A DNA stretch of 64,000 nucleotides, counting the filler, from Mitosporidium daphniae (taxonomy: Eukaryota): assembly GCF_000760515.2 (NCBI RefSeq). It is 7 parts of 7 records of this genome, joined end to end, with 100 filler letters (N's around TTAATTAATTAA, not from the genome) between each part and the next. Parts side by side here need not be neighbours in the genome. Positions count along the whole stretch, not along the records: positions 41,318 to 51,184 come from NW_013546680.1; positions 51,285 to 61,141 come from NW_013546679.1; 5 more parts are not named here. One strand, given 5' to 3'. Of this stretch, positions 41,218-52,954 are shown piece by piece. A model generated the notes under the pieces. It saw nothing but the letters and a program-made list of their open reading frames with translations, was not told the DNA's origin and searched no databases. The translations under genes were made by a program, and so were the position numbers. How positions within the stretch are numbered: position 1 is the first letter of the stretch; every line of letters starts with the position of its first letter.

Positions 41218-41695
41218 NNNNNNNNNNNNNNNNNNNNNNNNNNNNNNNNNNNNNNNNNNNNTTAATTAATTAANNNNNNNNNNNNNNNNNNNNNNNNNNN
41301 NNNNNNNNNNNNNNNNNTGTTTTAATTTCCGGTACATTGATCATAAGCTCGGTGAGCATTCTCGGGTACTTTATATTACTTGTGGCATCTGGAGTCGTCA
41401 AGAGGCAACGAATACAATATCTCGTAAAAGAGGGAATTATAACCCTAAATGACGGCACCAATCAGGAGAGCAACTCTAGTTCTGCTGAGCAGAATACAAA
41501 TAAATGAGCATCATATTTAGTTATTTGGCTCTCAAACTCGCCCGCAATCTATAGCAAACGGATGTCTCCCGCCTTCAAGGGGTGGGAGGCACGATTTCCC
41601 GTGAATGCGGCTCTCATGGCCTCCACATATCATTGCATTCAAATAGTTTATTTGAAATTTTGTAAAACCGATTAATTCAATTTTCAGGCGATAGG

Positions 41696-42140
41696 CTAGT
41701 TCTGATTGTTACCAAAACACGATTCTCCTGTGTACACAACATAAAGGAATCCATCCTCGTCCTTGTGCTCATCATACAGATTCGAAAATATGGCCGAGGC
41801 AGCAGGCACCTGTCCATTCAGGTAGATAAAGAGTGCTTGGTCATTGGAAAGCTGGATGCGTTTCCTAATTAGAAATAGAAACTGGGCAACCGTCAGCTCT
41901 TTAGGGACAAGATACTTTGTCTTGTCAATTTCGGGGACAGATGAGTGCGGTGCCCTTTCAAGAATGACCGGCACCTTTGTGGGGTTGCATTTTGAGATCG
42001 TTTCAAACTGCTCCTGTCTGACGCCTAAAAATTAGCAAAGCTATCATCATACTCAGGTGTTGGCTTTTAAAGGGTGTAACTGAAGCTATCTGTTCAGCCG
42101 ATGCAGAGGCCTCCGTCGAAGAAAGCGACTTGGATTTCAT
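41696..42140 (-). CDS. ATG8: Autophagy ubiquitin-like protein Atg8
   Basis: VPVILERA, IDKTKYLVP, HKDEDGFLYVVYTGESCFG followed by NNQN tail; one short intron. Confidence 0.93.
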
Positions 42141-42379
42141 GGTTGAGGATATCGAAAATATTCCCATAAAAATTAACGATGCTTTTGGGAAATATGTACT
42201 TTTTCGAATCAGGATTGGTTCCAAAATATCAATCAATGGGGGTTTTACACCAATCACAGGGGAAGTTCAAAAATGGAGCCCATCCAATAGCCAAAGCTAA
42301 GCATAAAATTTCGGTCTCGATTTAATTTTATTACTTTTTATTTGCTATTGGCCGATTTCTTTTTTCTCGTCGTTGCAAT

Positions 42380-44785
42380 ATGATCCAGCAATATTTTTCG
42401 GCCATTCCGCTGATCGAAAATATGACGCCTGCAATTTTGGCCTCTTTTTTGTCGTTTTTGGTTTCTTTCCTAAACATAAAGCTCCTACTTTACCAAATGA
42501 ATGCAGATAAAAAATCAATTAGTTTTCCATACTCTTTGCTCCAATGTTCAATTTTGTATCTCATATCAGAGCAGGACGTGAATTTATCCTTTTTGAATAT
42601 GATCATTATTTCGATAGTCCTTTTTCCAATATTTTACTTTGATGTCCTCCTTGTATCCATCCCATTTCTTTTTTTCGAGAGGAATGACCTTCATTCATAT
42701 CAATCGTTTAGACTTCAGAATCCTTCTTTTTTAAAATTCCGTCTCTGCCTTTTAGGCGGCGTATCTGCACTAGTTCTTGTGCCAGCTTTTGACAAGTACA
42801 TAATTTTATTTACTATTCTGGCGCTCATTTACTTATTGGCTTTTGGGATTCTTATCCCCTCCATTACAAATTCCTTCTCATCAGAACTGATACACACGGT
42901 AAAACTGATGGCGATACCTTTTTTTGTCCAATATGATTTTTCCCTTTTGTTAGAAAGTGGAGAGCTGCTGAGATACGCGCCAAATATCGTACGAATATCA
43001 GCAAACGACCATTTAATTTACGACAGTGCAGATTGGAAACGAATCCTAAACGCCNTACCTGCCTACATTTCCGTCTACATTAAGCCGGATGATTTTAATG
43101 TAAACGAATATCCTTTTGCTTCGCCTTCATCTTCTTCTCCTACTCACCCTTTATACCGATATAAAAGTACGAAGAGGCCGCCGAAAAAAGACATGTTGTC
43201 GAATTTTGTTCTTCACTCGCTTAATTCCCAAGTCAGTATTAAAGAGGCTTTACACAAAGAGGCCAATATTTCGCTCTCACAAATGAAATCCTTCTGGATT
43301 TCCAATGTTCTTATTCTGAAAGTGGTTCCCTTTTCCGACAATCTTATGAATGTTCTTGCAAATTATCGATCCAACGCTACATGGGTCATGTATGAAGTGT
43401 TCTTGAAATCAAAAAAAAAGTCATATGATGATGCTAGAACGGAACATAAACATTTCTACTATAAATTTCATATTCATATGTACTCAAATGGTGCTTCAAA
43501 AAAGAAAAAAGTCGATATTGTTTCCTTGGATAAAAAAGACAGATTGATGAACGTTGAACCAAATAAAGGTCCATGTACGTTTAACAAAAACAATGGATTC
43601 AATGACCTTACTTCCTATTTTGATGAATCCATCGAAAAAGCTTGGTCCACCACCAAGGGAGAGGGATCCATTGTGGGATTTATGAATTTTTGTCCATTTT
43701 CCACTAAAGAGCTCTTGGCCTATAAACCTCCCCAACCGAATGCGAAAATTAGTGACATGCAAAGGATTCATGATAGCGGGCTCCTAGAAGCCACTTCGAC
43801 TTTTGGAATTAATGGTAGAGCCATTGCTCCAAACGCTCATGTTATCGGTGCCGCAGGTTACACCCCAGCTCAGCCTGGTGGGTTTTCGATTTCTGGTCTT
43901 TGTGATTTGTTGGACGATGCTCAGTTCCTTATTGCTCCAAATGGAGATCAATCGATAGGTGCTGATGTTGTCGTCCTTTCTTCCTATGTCCTTCTTTTGG
44001 ATCCAGATGCTTCTTTTCGCGATTCTCTTCTGGAACTTGAAATTTGGAAGAGAATTGTAAAGGTTTGGGATATTCTCGGCATCATCCCAGTAATGGCTGC
44101 TGGCTCCGTGTCAAAAGATAACGATTTTGTTGATATTCTTCGCTCTCTTTCCCGTGTAATTATTGTAGGATCTGTATCTGGTGCAACCGGAAATCCCTCC
44201 CTTTTTTCGGCTAGGGGTATGTCTTCATACAACTGGAATGGCCGCATGTTGCCTGATTTTATGGCACCAGGCGAACCGATTGATTTGACAACTGCCGTTG
44301 GAAAATATATCGAGCCCGATGAAACGGCCACTTTCGAGCAGGTGATTGGGGAGGGCACATCCTTTTCCGCCTCTTCTGTTGCCTTTACCATTGCACTTAT
44401 GCGCTCTATTTCTCCGGGGATTTACCTGGAGGATGCGATTGCCATTCTCAATGAAACATCTATTCGTCCCTCTTGTTGGGATCAAATTGAATCCTACAAC
44501 TCGATGGAGTCTCATTATCTACTGGATGTGATTTCATTTAGGGACCCAAACGGAACCCTGTCATATCCAAATGTATTGTATGGAAGTGGAATAATAGATC
44601 CGTTTAAGGCAGTAAAGGCGTCCCGAAACCATGAAAGTTACAAATCAATGCCACGTCAATTTATAGTTAAAGCAACCACCTTGATAGAAGATATAGAGGA
44701 TTTTATTTTTGGATCCTCAGCCACACCAATATTTAAACCACACGTTTTATTGACCATCATTCTTCCTTTCTTTATTCTTGTGTAA
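42380..44785 (+). CDS. Subtilisin-like (S8) protein with hydrophobic N-terminal region, divergent
   Basis: AWSTTKGEGSIVG, IAPNA, MAAGS, SLFSARG, PDFMAPG, GTSFSASSVA, YGSGIIDPFKAV; intronless. Confidence 0.78.
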   Translation: MIQQYFSAIPLIENMTPAILASFLSFLVSFLNIKLLLYQMNADKKSISFPYSLLQCSILYLISEQDVNLSFLNMIIISIVLFPIFYFDVLLVSIPFLFFERNDLHSYQSFRLQNPSFLKFRLCLLGGVSALVLVPAFDKYIILFTILALIYLLAFGILIPSITNSFSSELIHTVKLMAIPFFVQYDFSLLLESGELLRYAPNIVRISANDHLIYDSADWKRILNAXPAYISVYIKPDDFNVNEYPFASPSSSSPTHPLYRYKSTKRPPKKDMLSNFVLHSLNSQVSIKEALHKEANISLSQMKSFWISNVLILKVVPFSDNLMNVLANYRSNATWVMYEVFLKSKKKSYDDARTEHKHFYYKFHIHMYSNGASKKKKVDIVSLDKKDRLMNVEPNKGPCTFNKNNGFNDLTSYFDESIEKAWSTTKGEGSIVGFMNFCPFSTKELLAYKPPQPNAKISDMQRIHDSGLLEATSTFGINGRAIAPNAHVIGAAGYTPAQPGGFSISGLCDLLDDAQFLIAPNGDQSIGADVVVLSSYVLLLDPDASFRDSLLELEIWKRIVKVWDILGIIPVMAAGSVSKDNDFVDILRSLSRVIIVGSVSGATGNPSLFSARGMSSYNWNGRMLPDFMAPGEPIDLTTAVGKYIEPDETATFEQVIGEGTSFSASSVAFTIALMRSISPGIYLEDAIAILNETSIRPSCWDQIESYNSMESHYLLDVISFRDPNGTLSYPNVLYGSGIIDPFKAVKASRNHESYKSMPRQFIVKATTLIEDIEDFIFGSSATPIFKPHVLLTIILPFFILV

Positions 44786-44875
44786 TAATAAACCTCACAC
44801 CATTTAGCAAAATAGTATTTTTCTTGATTAAAACGGACGTGTATGTGTGTAAGCCATAAAAGTTTATAATTTTTG

Positions 44876-46325
44876 TTAGTAATTTCCAATCACAACAGAC
44901 CAGTCCTTGAATTGGAGGTCGCCATATTGGATATCATAGATGGTCTTCAACAGCGCCCTTGCAAGTGGCCCAGATTCCTGGCTTGGGTCCATTGGATCAA
45001 GCGGAAGAGTAAGAAGCTCATGGGACTCGGTCGCCGGATTTAGCCAAGAGATGCTCTTTATGGGCGAGATAATTGCAGCGGTCCCAGAACCAAACATCTC
45101 CCTCATTCGTCCGTCTTTAACTGCCATTGATATTTCGCGCATGTATAGGGGGCGTTCGACAACATAAATCGAGTCTCCTTGACCAAGTATCTTGGGCATC
45201 GATTTGACAAGCTCAATGATTGAGCTTCGAGTGATTCCAGGTAGGATAGTGCCATCTAAAATGGGGGTGACTAGCTCTAAGGTTCCTTTCTCCCCATTTA
45301 CCCAAAAGCAGAACAAATTCATTGTACCAACTTCCATGACCTGCATTTCATCCTTTCCCATCATCCAAAGCACTTGTTGGAAGCCTTCAGTGTTTGCCAA
45401 TAGCTGAGGAAAAATACCGGGCGCATAGTTGCTGTGAAAATTAGCAAATCAAAATCGATACCCTCCCAGTTTATGATTGCCAGTGCCCCCTGGCCACGCC
45501 CTGACAAAATCGGTCTCTGCTTTCAGGGAAACTGCTTTGAAGCCAGTAGAGTAATATGGCCCAACTGGTGAGCATATGGCAAACGCTAGCGCTCTATTTG
45601 TGGTTCCCACACCAAGAGTATCTTGAGTACTAATGATGGTAGGCCTTATGTAAAGAGAATATCCACGGCCTTCTGGAATCCAATTTGAATCGAGGAGCAC
45701 CAGCTTCTTGATAGCTTCAAGCATCTCCATTATGTCAAATTCTGGTAAAGTTATGCGCCTAGCAGAACCGAGGAGCCTCTTCATATTCTCCAATGGACGA
45801 AAAAGCCGAATTGTTCTATCTTTCCCCTTATACGCCTTCATTCCCTCAAAAACCTATGGTAAAGATCGATATTCTGAAAGTTCGATGTGGCCACAGTGAT
45901 TGGAATATCGACAATAATACGATTTAGAGAGGGGATGTGAGAAAATTATATGCAAAACAAGGCGGAATCCGGCACTTACCTCAACACCATAATGGAATAC
46001 ATTGCACGAAGGAGAAAGCTCCAGAGGGCCATAAGGAAGGATTCTCGGTTGCCCCCAGCCAGAAAATGACGGGATCGGTTGGTTGAGGGAATCGGTTTTT
46101 CCAGAAATAGCCGGACCTACCCAATCAATTACCAGCATGTGGTCAGTAAATGCACCTCCAAAAGCCAATTTTTCTTTCGGAACTTTTTGCTTAGGAATTT
46201 TCCTCTTGGTGATGGAAACCTGGCTGCTCTGAAAAGTAAGAAAGCCCCGAATATAATACCAACAGGGGAGATAATGGGTTTTCTTGCATGACCGTATTTC
46301 CTTGAGCCTTTAAAATATCTTCCAT
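44876..46325 (-). CDS. Branched-chain amino acid aminotransferase, multi-exon (start approximate)
   Basis: FTDHML, FHYGVE/VFEGMKAY, LYIRPT, RAWPGGTGNHKLGG, EVGTMN, ILPGITR, FGSGTAAI. Confidence 0.95.
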
Positions 46326-46476
46326 CAATTTAATATCTAGCAATAATGACGATGAGGATTGTGAAAAACCACATTCCGGAAAAATGATAATCGTGATCTC
46401 TCAAAAAGGAAATCCATAAATAGCAGTTGGTACGCTCAGCCAAACTTAATTTTAAACTAAAATTTAAAATATGGCA

Positions 46477-48021
46477 CTAGGATAGCATTAAAGAGGTCGG
46501 TGAAAAGATCAATGATGACTTGGAAAGGAGGGATGAGGCAGACCAGGCTCCAAATTTCAGATAAAAAGACAATGTACTACGCTCCGCTTCAAAGTACTTG
46601 GTAAGGGCGTATGTAAAGCTTTTCTTGAGACATCTGGTCAGTCCGGAATTATATGGTGTCCACACTCCACTAAAATCTTCGGTTTTGCTCATTTCAAAGG
46701 AAAATGAAACCGGAACATGGCGTCTAGATTCCGCGACAAATCTGAGCAATAAATTTTCGCCCATGGAAAGACTTCGCTGATTGAAGAAATGGTCTGCTAG
46801 AGAAAGGTTTCGAAGCGTAACGTGGAACCAAAATCCGATTAAATTTTGATTGGCGCCTCTTCGAATTTCAAGGTCCGGGAAGGATAGGATGGTATTTTGA
46901 GCCCCATCAAAAGTGTTTGCAAACGAACTGTATTTAGAGGAAGAGAAAATCTTTTTTGCTAGCATATTTTCAAGGGACAAGACCTCTGAATTGTCTTCTA
47001 AAAGCACCTTTGTAATTGAAGGCGAAATTACTTGGTCCGGAATCTCTTCGACTCTTCCGGGCAATGCGTTTCCGATGAGTGTCGGAGATTTTTCAACAAA
47101 ACTGAAATGGCATGGAAGACTAATGACAGCATTAATATCAACTGCTCCAGTTGAAAGGAGATTGAAAATTCCAGTTGATGAGGTGTGTTCTCGAAAGTGG
47201 GAAATGGAGACCTTTTCGATTAAAAGCTTTCGAAATTGAAGCAAAGACTCGTTTTGCGGGGTAAACTTGACTTTATCTGGTCGATTGATGTGATAATTCG
47301 ACGAAACATCTTGGTCAGACGGAATGGCATACACAAAAGGGGAGCCATCGTATTCTCCCCTGATGTAGTGTGCTTGGAGAATGTCATACATTAGCATATA
47401 AGAAGAGAGTCGTGGAAGCTGCGCTTCAAAAATGAGGAGATCAAATGACTTGTATGGCTCTGGATACTGAAAAAAAAGATTTAAATTCGAAACATGAACA
47501 TGCTCCTCAATAAACAGCGAATTGGGAGCATACGGAAACTTGTACGGAATTCCAGAAGAGTAATCAAAGTATCCATCTTGAGTGATTGTGCCTGTGACTC
47601 CATCAATATCTAGTGACTTGATGATGCCCGATTTTTCGAAAAGAAATTTTCTCGGCGAGAGCTCGACAACAAGATTGCCAATGGAAAAGTCGAAGGAGCA
47701 AGGCGGATTTTGGTTTGATGAGCCGGTACAAGTGACATTCAATAAACACAGCTTTCCATCAGTAGTAAGTGAGCTGTGGTCCCAAATGATCGAAAATCCA
47801 AAATAATTCGAAAAGAGCTGAGAAAGGTACTTATGCACAAGGATTTCTCCAAATACGGTCGTTGCGAGGTCAACGGATTTCCCAGCAGAATAGGTAAAAT
47901 TGGTGTATGCGAAATATCCCATCATCGAAGAAGCGACTATTGATGAAAAAAGGCATATGCTTGGCTTCTTTTTCCTGATTGATCCACAAACCCCTTTCAT
48001 GGAAAAAGAGAACAACGACAT
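46477..48021 (-). CDS. MDM31: Mitochondrial distribution and morphology protein Mdm31/32 family
   Basis: GIIKSLDIDGVTG, IFEAQLPRL...LMYDILQAHYIRGEYDGSPF, DFSGVWTPYNSGL. Confidence 0.75.
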   Translation of the reverse strand: MSLFSFSMKGVCGSIRKKKPSICLFSSIVASSMMGYFAYTNFTYSAGKSVDLATTVFGEILVHKYLSQLFSNYFGFSIIWDHSSLTTDGKLCLLNVTCTGSSNQNPPCSFDFSIGNLVVELSPRKFLFEKSGIIKSLDIDGVTGTITQDGYFDYSSGIPYKFPYAPNSLFIEEHVHVSNLNLFFQYPEPYKSFDLLIFEAQLPRLSSYMLMYDILQAHYIRGEYDGSPFVYAIPSDQDVSSNYHINRPDKVKFTPQNESLLQFRKLLIEKVSISHFREHTSSTGIFNLLSTGAVDINAVISLPCHFSFVEKSPTLIGNALPGRVEEIPDQVISPSITKVLLEDNSEVLSLENMLAKKIFSSSKYSSFANTFDGAQNTILSFPDLEIRRGANQNLIGFWFHVTLRNLSLADHFFNQRSLSMGENLLLRFVAESRRHVPVSFSFEMSKTEDFSGVWTPYNSGLTRCLKKSFTYALTKYFEAERSTLSFYLKFGAWSASSLLSKSSLIFSPTSLMLS

Positions 48022-48146
48022 AGCTTTTGAAAATTTAAAGATGTAACGAGAGGTCAAAATTATTAATTTTTAAAGTTTATTTTTACAGAAAACATAAACC
48101 GCAGGATTATCTCAATAATTGGCTTGTGCATATAATGAAAACCATT

Positions 48147-49109
48147 TCAAAATAGCGCATGGCGCCTGTGTTTTGAGAAGATAAGCTCATATTCAAGGAA
48201 GTACCAGTAGCTTGGAAATGCAAACATTGTTATCGCATGCCACAAAGCATGAGAGTCCAAAAGTTTGCAGAAGAAAGGAGGAAAATCAGCAGCCGATACC
48301 AACACCGATAAAAGCATTACCTCTAAAAACCAGTATAGGTGGGAAAGTTCCTCAGAAGATCGATTCTCAATAAAAGACCAGAATATCCAAACGAACGTTT
48401 GAACAGCAGCGAAAAATCCACACAGCTTCATGTGCTTTGAATAATCAAAATGATAAACTTGCATAATATACATATGGATCGCCCAGTATATACCCAAGAT
48501 TAATGCTAGCAAACGTAGAAATTCTGGTCCAAGATTAACAAATACTCTAACGATGGCGATGTATGCCATGTAAATCACATTGGCGAGTGCTAGGGAATAA
48601 TCAAAAAACTGAGTTAAGGGTTTATCACGTGCATGAAAAGCAGCCGAAGAAAGCCAAGTAGCAATGTTTAGGTAATAGAAATACGTGTAAAGAGATATAC
48701 AAGAATCTTTAAGCCTAATCATGTTCATAGTTTGAATAAGATGCATGTATCCAGCTCGATGAACATAGAGATTTCCGAGAGAAAAAAGCACAGAGAAAAA
48801 CTCCTGCATTCCAAATACCCTTAAGAACGGCCATTTGCCATAATACTTTTTCACGCCATTAGAGCGGGTAGCTTCAGAATGTTCGTGCATGCACTGATAT
48901 TTACACTCGTCTTCAGCATTCCAGAAAAAGAGTTTGTAAAAAATAGGGTTAGGGCGCTAAAATTGGAACTGCCAATTAGGCTTATGACTTTTAAAGCTTT
49001 CCAAACAATAGCTTAAACGTTTTTCGAACTCAGGGTCGCTATCTCCTGAACTACATGAGCATGAAAGAAGACACTGGAGGAAAATAGTGAATCCAACAAA
49101 GAACCGCAT
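48147..49109 (-). CDS. PER1: GPI remodelling protein Per1/PGAP3
   Basis: YGKWPFLRVFGMQEFFSVLFSLGN, SAAFHARD, DFPP...DSHALWH. Confidence 0.92.
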
Positions 49110-49610
49110 AAAGCAAATTAAAAAACCTTGATTTACAAATTATTCATTGGTTTAAATTTAAAGGATCAGGATTGATGTTTCAAAAATGTCATCAATTGGG
49201 GCTTAGATACTGTGATTTGATTGGGTAAATTTTTGGCTCGAAAAATGGATAATTGTATCTTTCGGACTTGTGTTGAAAAATGCCAATCAATGGCTCGAAG
49301 ATAGCCTTCTGTAGTGACATATTGAACGCAAAAGTGTTTAGGACCAGCTTTTTGATAAACATGTGCCAACCATAGCGAATGGATCCCGCTATTTCGGAAC
49401 CATCGACATTTAAACCCACGCATGGGTGCTATTTTTATTTGGTGGTGTTAATTTCATTAGCAACATTAATGATAAGTAAAATAGGCTCCTGGCTCACTAC
49501 GGGCCTTAAACTGGGTCCATAACAAAGTGTACAACACTTTAATAACAATTCAGCAACGAATTTCATGATTTATAACTACATATTGACATCCAGTGAGAAA
49601 GAAAATTTTG

Positions 49611-51184
49611 TCACGAATTGGGGATAGCATTTGGATTATCGGCCGAAAGCTTGGGGATAACATGCTCAGTATCAAAATTCGAATCAAGAAACGGATTTGT
49701 CGAAAGTTCGTCAGTAAAAATCGACTCTGACTGCAATAGCTTTGAATTTAAGAGGTCTTCTGACTCGAATTTGGAGTTAAGAATATCTTCGGATGGAAAT
49801 TTCGAATTCAAGATATCCTCTGATGGGAAATAGTTATCATAGCCGTATGAGCTACTTAGCTCGTTTGATGAACTTTCCTCGCATGATATTCTTTGCGAAC
49901 AAGCTTGCTCGGAAAAACTCACATCCACCATAGGATTCATCACACTCGAGCTTGAAAAGCTGTTGCACGATGAAGACACAGATGTCGGGGAGGATCCGAC
50001 AAATCTACAATCCGTAGGCGGGGTGAACGGTGTTGAGACAAAAGGAGGAATATAAAAATCATGGTTCCACGGCGGAACAAACTGAGGATAACCGTCTCCA
50101 AATGGAATATGGGACATATTTAAAGGGAAGGGACACTGTTCGATAGAAGGATTTGCAAACTCACTTATTGACCCATTAGAGGAAAGAGGAATTGAAGCAT
50201 TCGGACCTGAAAATGCATTACTGATGGGATCGGTGGTGATTGGGAAAAAGTGTGCACTATTTTCTTGTTCGTTGTTGGTAGGAAAGTTCGGAAAATAATA
50301 TCCCCTGGTCATTGGCATCGGAAGAGTAGCTAAAAATCCATTGAGGTTTTGAGAAGACATGTTACTCTTGGCTGATGGCTGTGGAAATGTGTAGAATGCA
50401 TTGGGAAAGATGCCTGAATGGCTATTTGCCCTAATACCAGCCATTCTTGAAGTGCCAGAAAGATTTTCTACGGCAGTGGAGGGCAAGATTTTTCTTGTTC
50501 CAACGGAAGAGTAATCCGAGGGAATTGAATTTGAAGAGTGGCGTCTTTTTCTTTTAAGGTGTGTATCTTTCTTGTTACAAATCGAAGTCTTTGGCAATAT
50601 CTGAGGAAACGACGCTTGACCAAACCTAGATAATGAGAATGTCCTTTCGGAAATATCATTTTCAACTATTTGGTCAGAAGGCGGTATAGAAGGAAGACCT
50701 TTCGATTCCTTCCCAAGGAAAAAGTCAGACTTTGAGTAATAACAGACTAAATGATGAAGCTGGCCATCAATGGTCATCGAGAGTGTCTTCTTAATAAGGC
50801 CGTCCTCCCTGATAATAAATAAGGATTTTGGCGCATCATTAGATGCTTGAGTAGAGGAAGAGCAAGTCGGCAAAATCATTTCACTTAAAAGCTGGCTTTG
50901 TGGATTTGAATTGCAAGTGAAATTCCCCTGGAATTGCTCCGCGTGTGAAGTTCTATTTTCAGAATATTTCATAATGTCAAGCGTGTTTTCACCACCAATT
51001 GATTCGGAGCCATTCGAATTGGATGTTAGGGTTATGACAACTGGCGATGATGCCGAGAAAAATGAAGATTTGAATTTGGTGTCCAAAATTTCAGATCGAA
51101 CCTGAATTTGAGGATTTTCCATCTGGGCAAACCCCGTGTTTCCCGCCATCAATGAAGGGCTTATCGTTGTATGTCCATTTTTCT
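49611..51184 (-). CDS. Gti1/Pac2 (WOPR) family transcription factor, 5' truncated
   Basis: EDGLIKKTLSMTIDGQLHHLVCYY (WOPRb motif) followed by a low-complexity S/P/N tail. Confidence 0.82.
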
Positions 51185-51552
51185 NNNNNNNNNNNNNNNN
51201 NNNNNNNNNNNNNNNNNNNNNNNNNNNNTTAATTAATTAANNNNNNNNNNNNNNNNNNNNNNNNNNNNNNNNNNNNNNNNNNNNGATTAGACTACTTGTG
51301 ACGGGGCAAAATTCGTCAAGCGTTTCCCTTTGGATCGAGCGCATTAGTAGTCTAATCGAGAGTTGTCATTAATAAATTGTTGCCGAATTGCCGTGAAATC
51401 CCGATTTTGTGTATTCTCTCCGTCTTTATATAAATTTCATTGTGAATTTTTGTAAAACGCATAATTAGAATCCAATAAATTTTGCATTGACCTATGTGTG
51501 TGCCGATCCAAGTATATTAATATTTTATATATTAACTATAAGGTCTGGTATA

Positions 51553-51624
51553 GGCGACTTAGTTTAGTGGTAGAATTCTCGCTTTGGGTGCGAGAGGTCA
51601 CGAGTTCGATTCTCGTAGTCGCCC
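51553..51624 (+). tRNA. tRNA-Pro(TGG)
   Basis: Acceptor GGCGACT/AGTCGCC, anticodon arm CTCGC-TT-TGG-GT-GCGAG, GTTCGATT, TTTTT terminator. Confidence 0.95.
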
Positions 51625-51665
51625 TTTTTGCGATTGGCCTCAATAAAACTTTAAAATTTATCAAG

Positions 51666-52212
51666 ATGAACACGAGCAATACCTGGTTTAAAAAACTGGC
51701 TTCAGACGACACAATTGACTTTCTTCCCACTATTTTGATAGTCATTTTGGTGTCTTGTATATTGTTTTGTATCCTTTGGATGATCATTAGTCTTGTTCGA
51801 AAAAGATCACATGTGCAACAACTAAATACCCACCGTGAAGCTGCTGTTGCGGCGTTTTTCGATACCGAAAATTTACGTGTTCTTGACAGCGTGTACACAT
51901 CATCTGGAGATCCTTTAGGAAAGCTGTCTTCTTATCAACCTGTATTATATTTTATCAAAATAGAGCCGTTTGATCTTAATCGCAAGATCTGTAAGGTACA
52001 TTTATTTTTCCTTGTTTTAGCCAATCTCTGTAGAGGTCCTTGCTAATCATAAGGATCAAACCTGGGTTCATATGATAGCAAGAATGCCCTGCCATTCATA
52101 TGACGGCAATCAAAGCAATCTAGAAAAGCAACATGCAATGCATGGCCCCACTTCAAGGCTCAAGTTTGCTTCTCTCATCTGCAAATCAAACGCCCCCACA
52201 ATCTTGCAATAA
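51666..52212 (+). CDS. Hypothetical single-pass membrane protein
   Basis: TM ILIVILVSCILFCILWMIISLV; 25-nt intron 51996-52020 keeps the frame open to TAA 52210-52212. Confidence 0.55.
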
Positions 52213-52274
52213 TTTACGAAATTAAAAGACTCCTGCCATTATAAATAAGTAATTTATTAAGCAGACGCAAAAAA

Positions 52275-52889
52275 CTATTCCATGCTCACGGTGGCACCGA
52301 GATCCTCCAAAGTCTTTTTAAGTTTTTGAGCATCTGCACTGGTTAGCTTTTCCTTTACAAGTTTAGGAACGGACTCTACAAAAGTTTTTGCCTAAAACGT
52401 GAGAACCCTAAATGCTGGCATACCTCAACCAAGTTAAGGCCAGGAAGGATGCCCTTGATTTCTCTTATAATTTTGGCCTTCGCAGCTGGATCTACTTTTT
52501 GCAAAATTATTTTAAACTCCGTTTGTGTTGGAGGAGCAGCCGGTGCTGGTGACTCGACTTCGGTAGCCAATGGGCCTGAACCGAGAGTAGAAAGATGCTG
52601 AGTAGCGCCCAGTTGAGTGGGAGAAAAGCCAACATCTGGAAGGTTAAGACGGGCCTAACTTTAAGTTAAAGAATAAAACTTTAAGGGATTTGACAAGAGC
52701 AGCTGTTTCTAAAAGTGTGAGTTTCTCAATTGAGTCGACTAATTGCTGGACAAGAGGAGAACCGCCAATGGAGTCAATGGATTGTGCAGGTGGATTTTTC
52801 TCGAGATTAAAACTGGCAGATGGAGCAGTAGTAAAGTGTTTGACTCGCCTTGAAAGGCAGGTAGAAATTCGGTCGACTCGAATCAACAT
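52275..52889 (-). CDS. Mitochondrial ribosomal protein bL12m (L7/L12), multi-exon
   Basis: LVDSIEKLTLLETAALVKSLK, KAKIIREIKGILPGLNLVEAK, LEDLGATV. Confidence 0.9.
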
Positions 52890-52954
52890 TTTGAGGTGGA
52901 ACGGCAATAAATTTATTGAAATTTGCACAAAATTTAAATCTTTAATTGCAAGTT

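Noticed and set aside
49166..49423. Two small overlapping minus-strand ORFs
   Set aside because: No recognisable motif or splice support; cannot be called
51498..51665. 5' extension of ORF 51498-52046 and short ORFs over tRNAs (54110-54304, 63456-63898)
   Set aside because: They overlap tRNA genes or array spacers and mostly depend on non-ATG starts; spurious in a eukaryote
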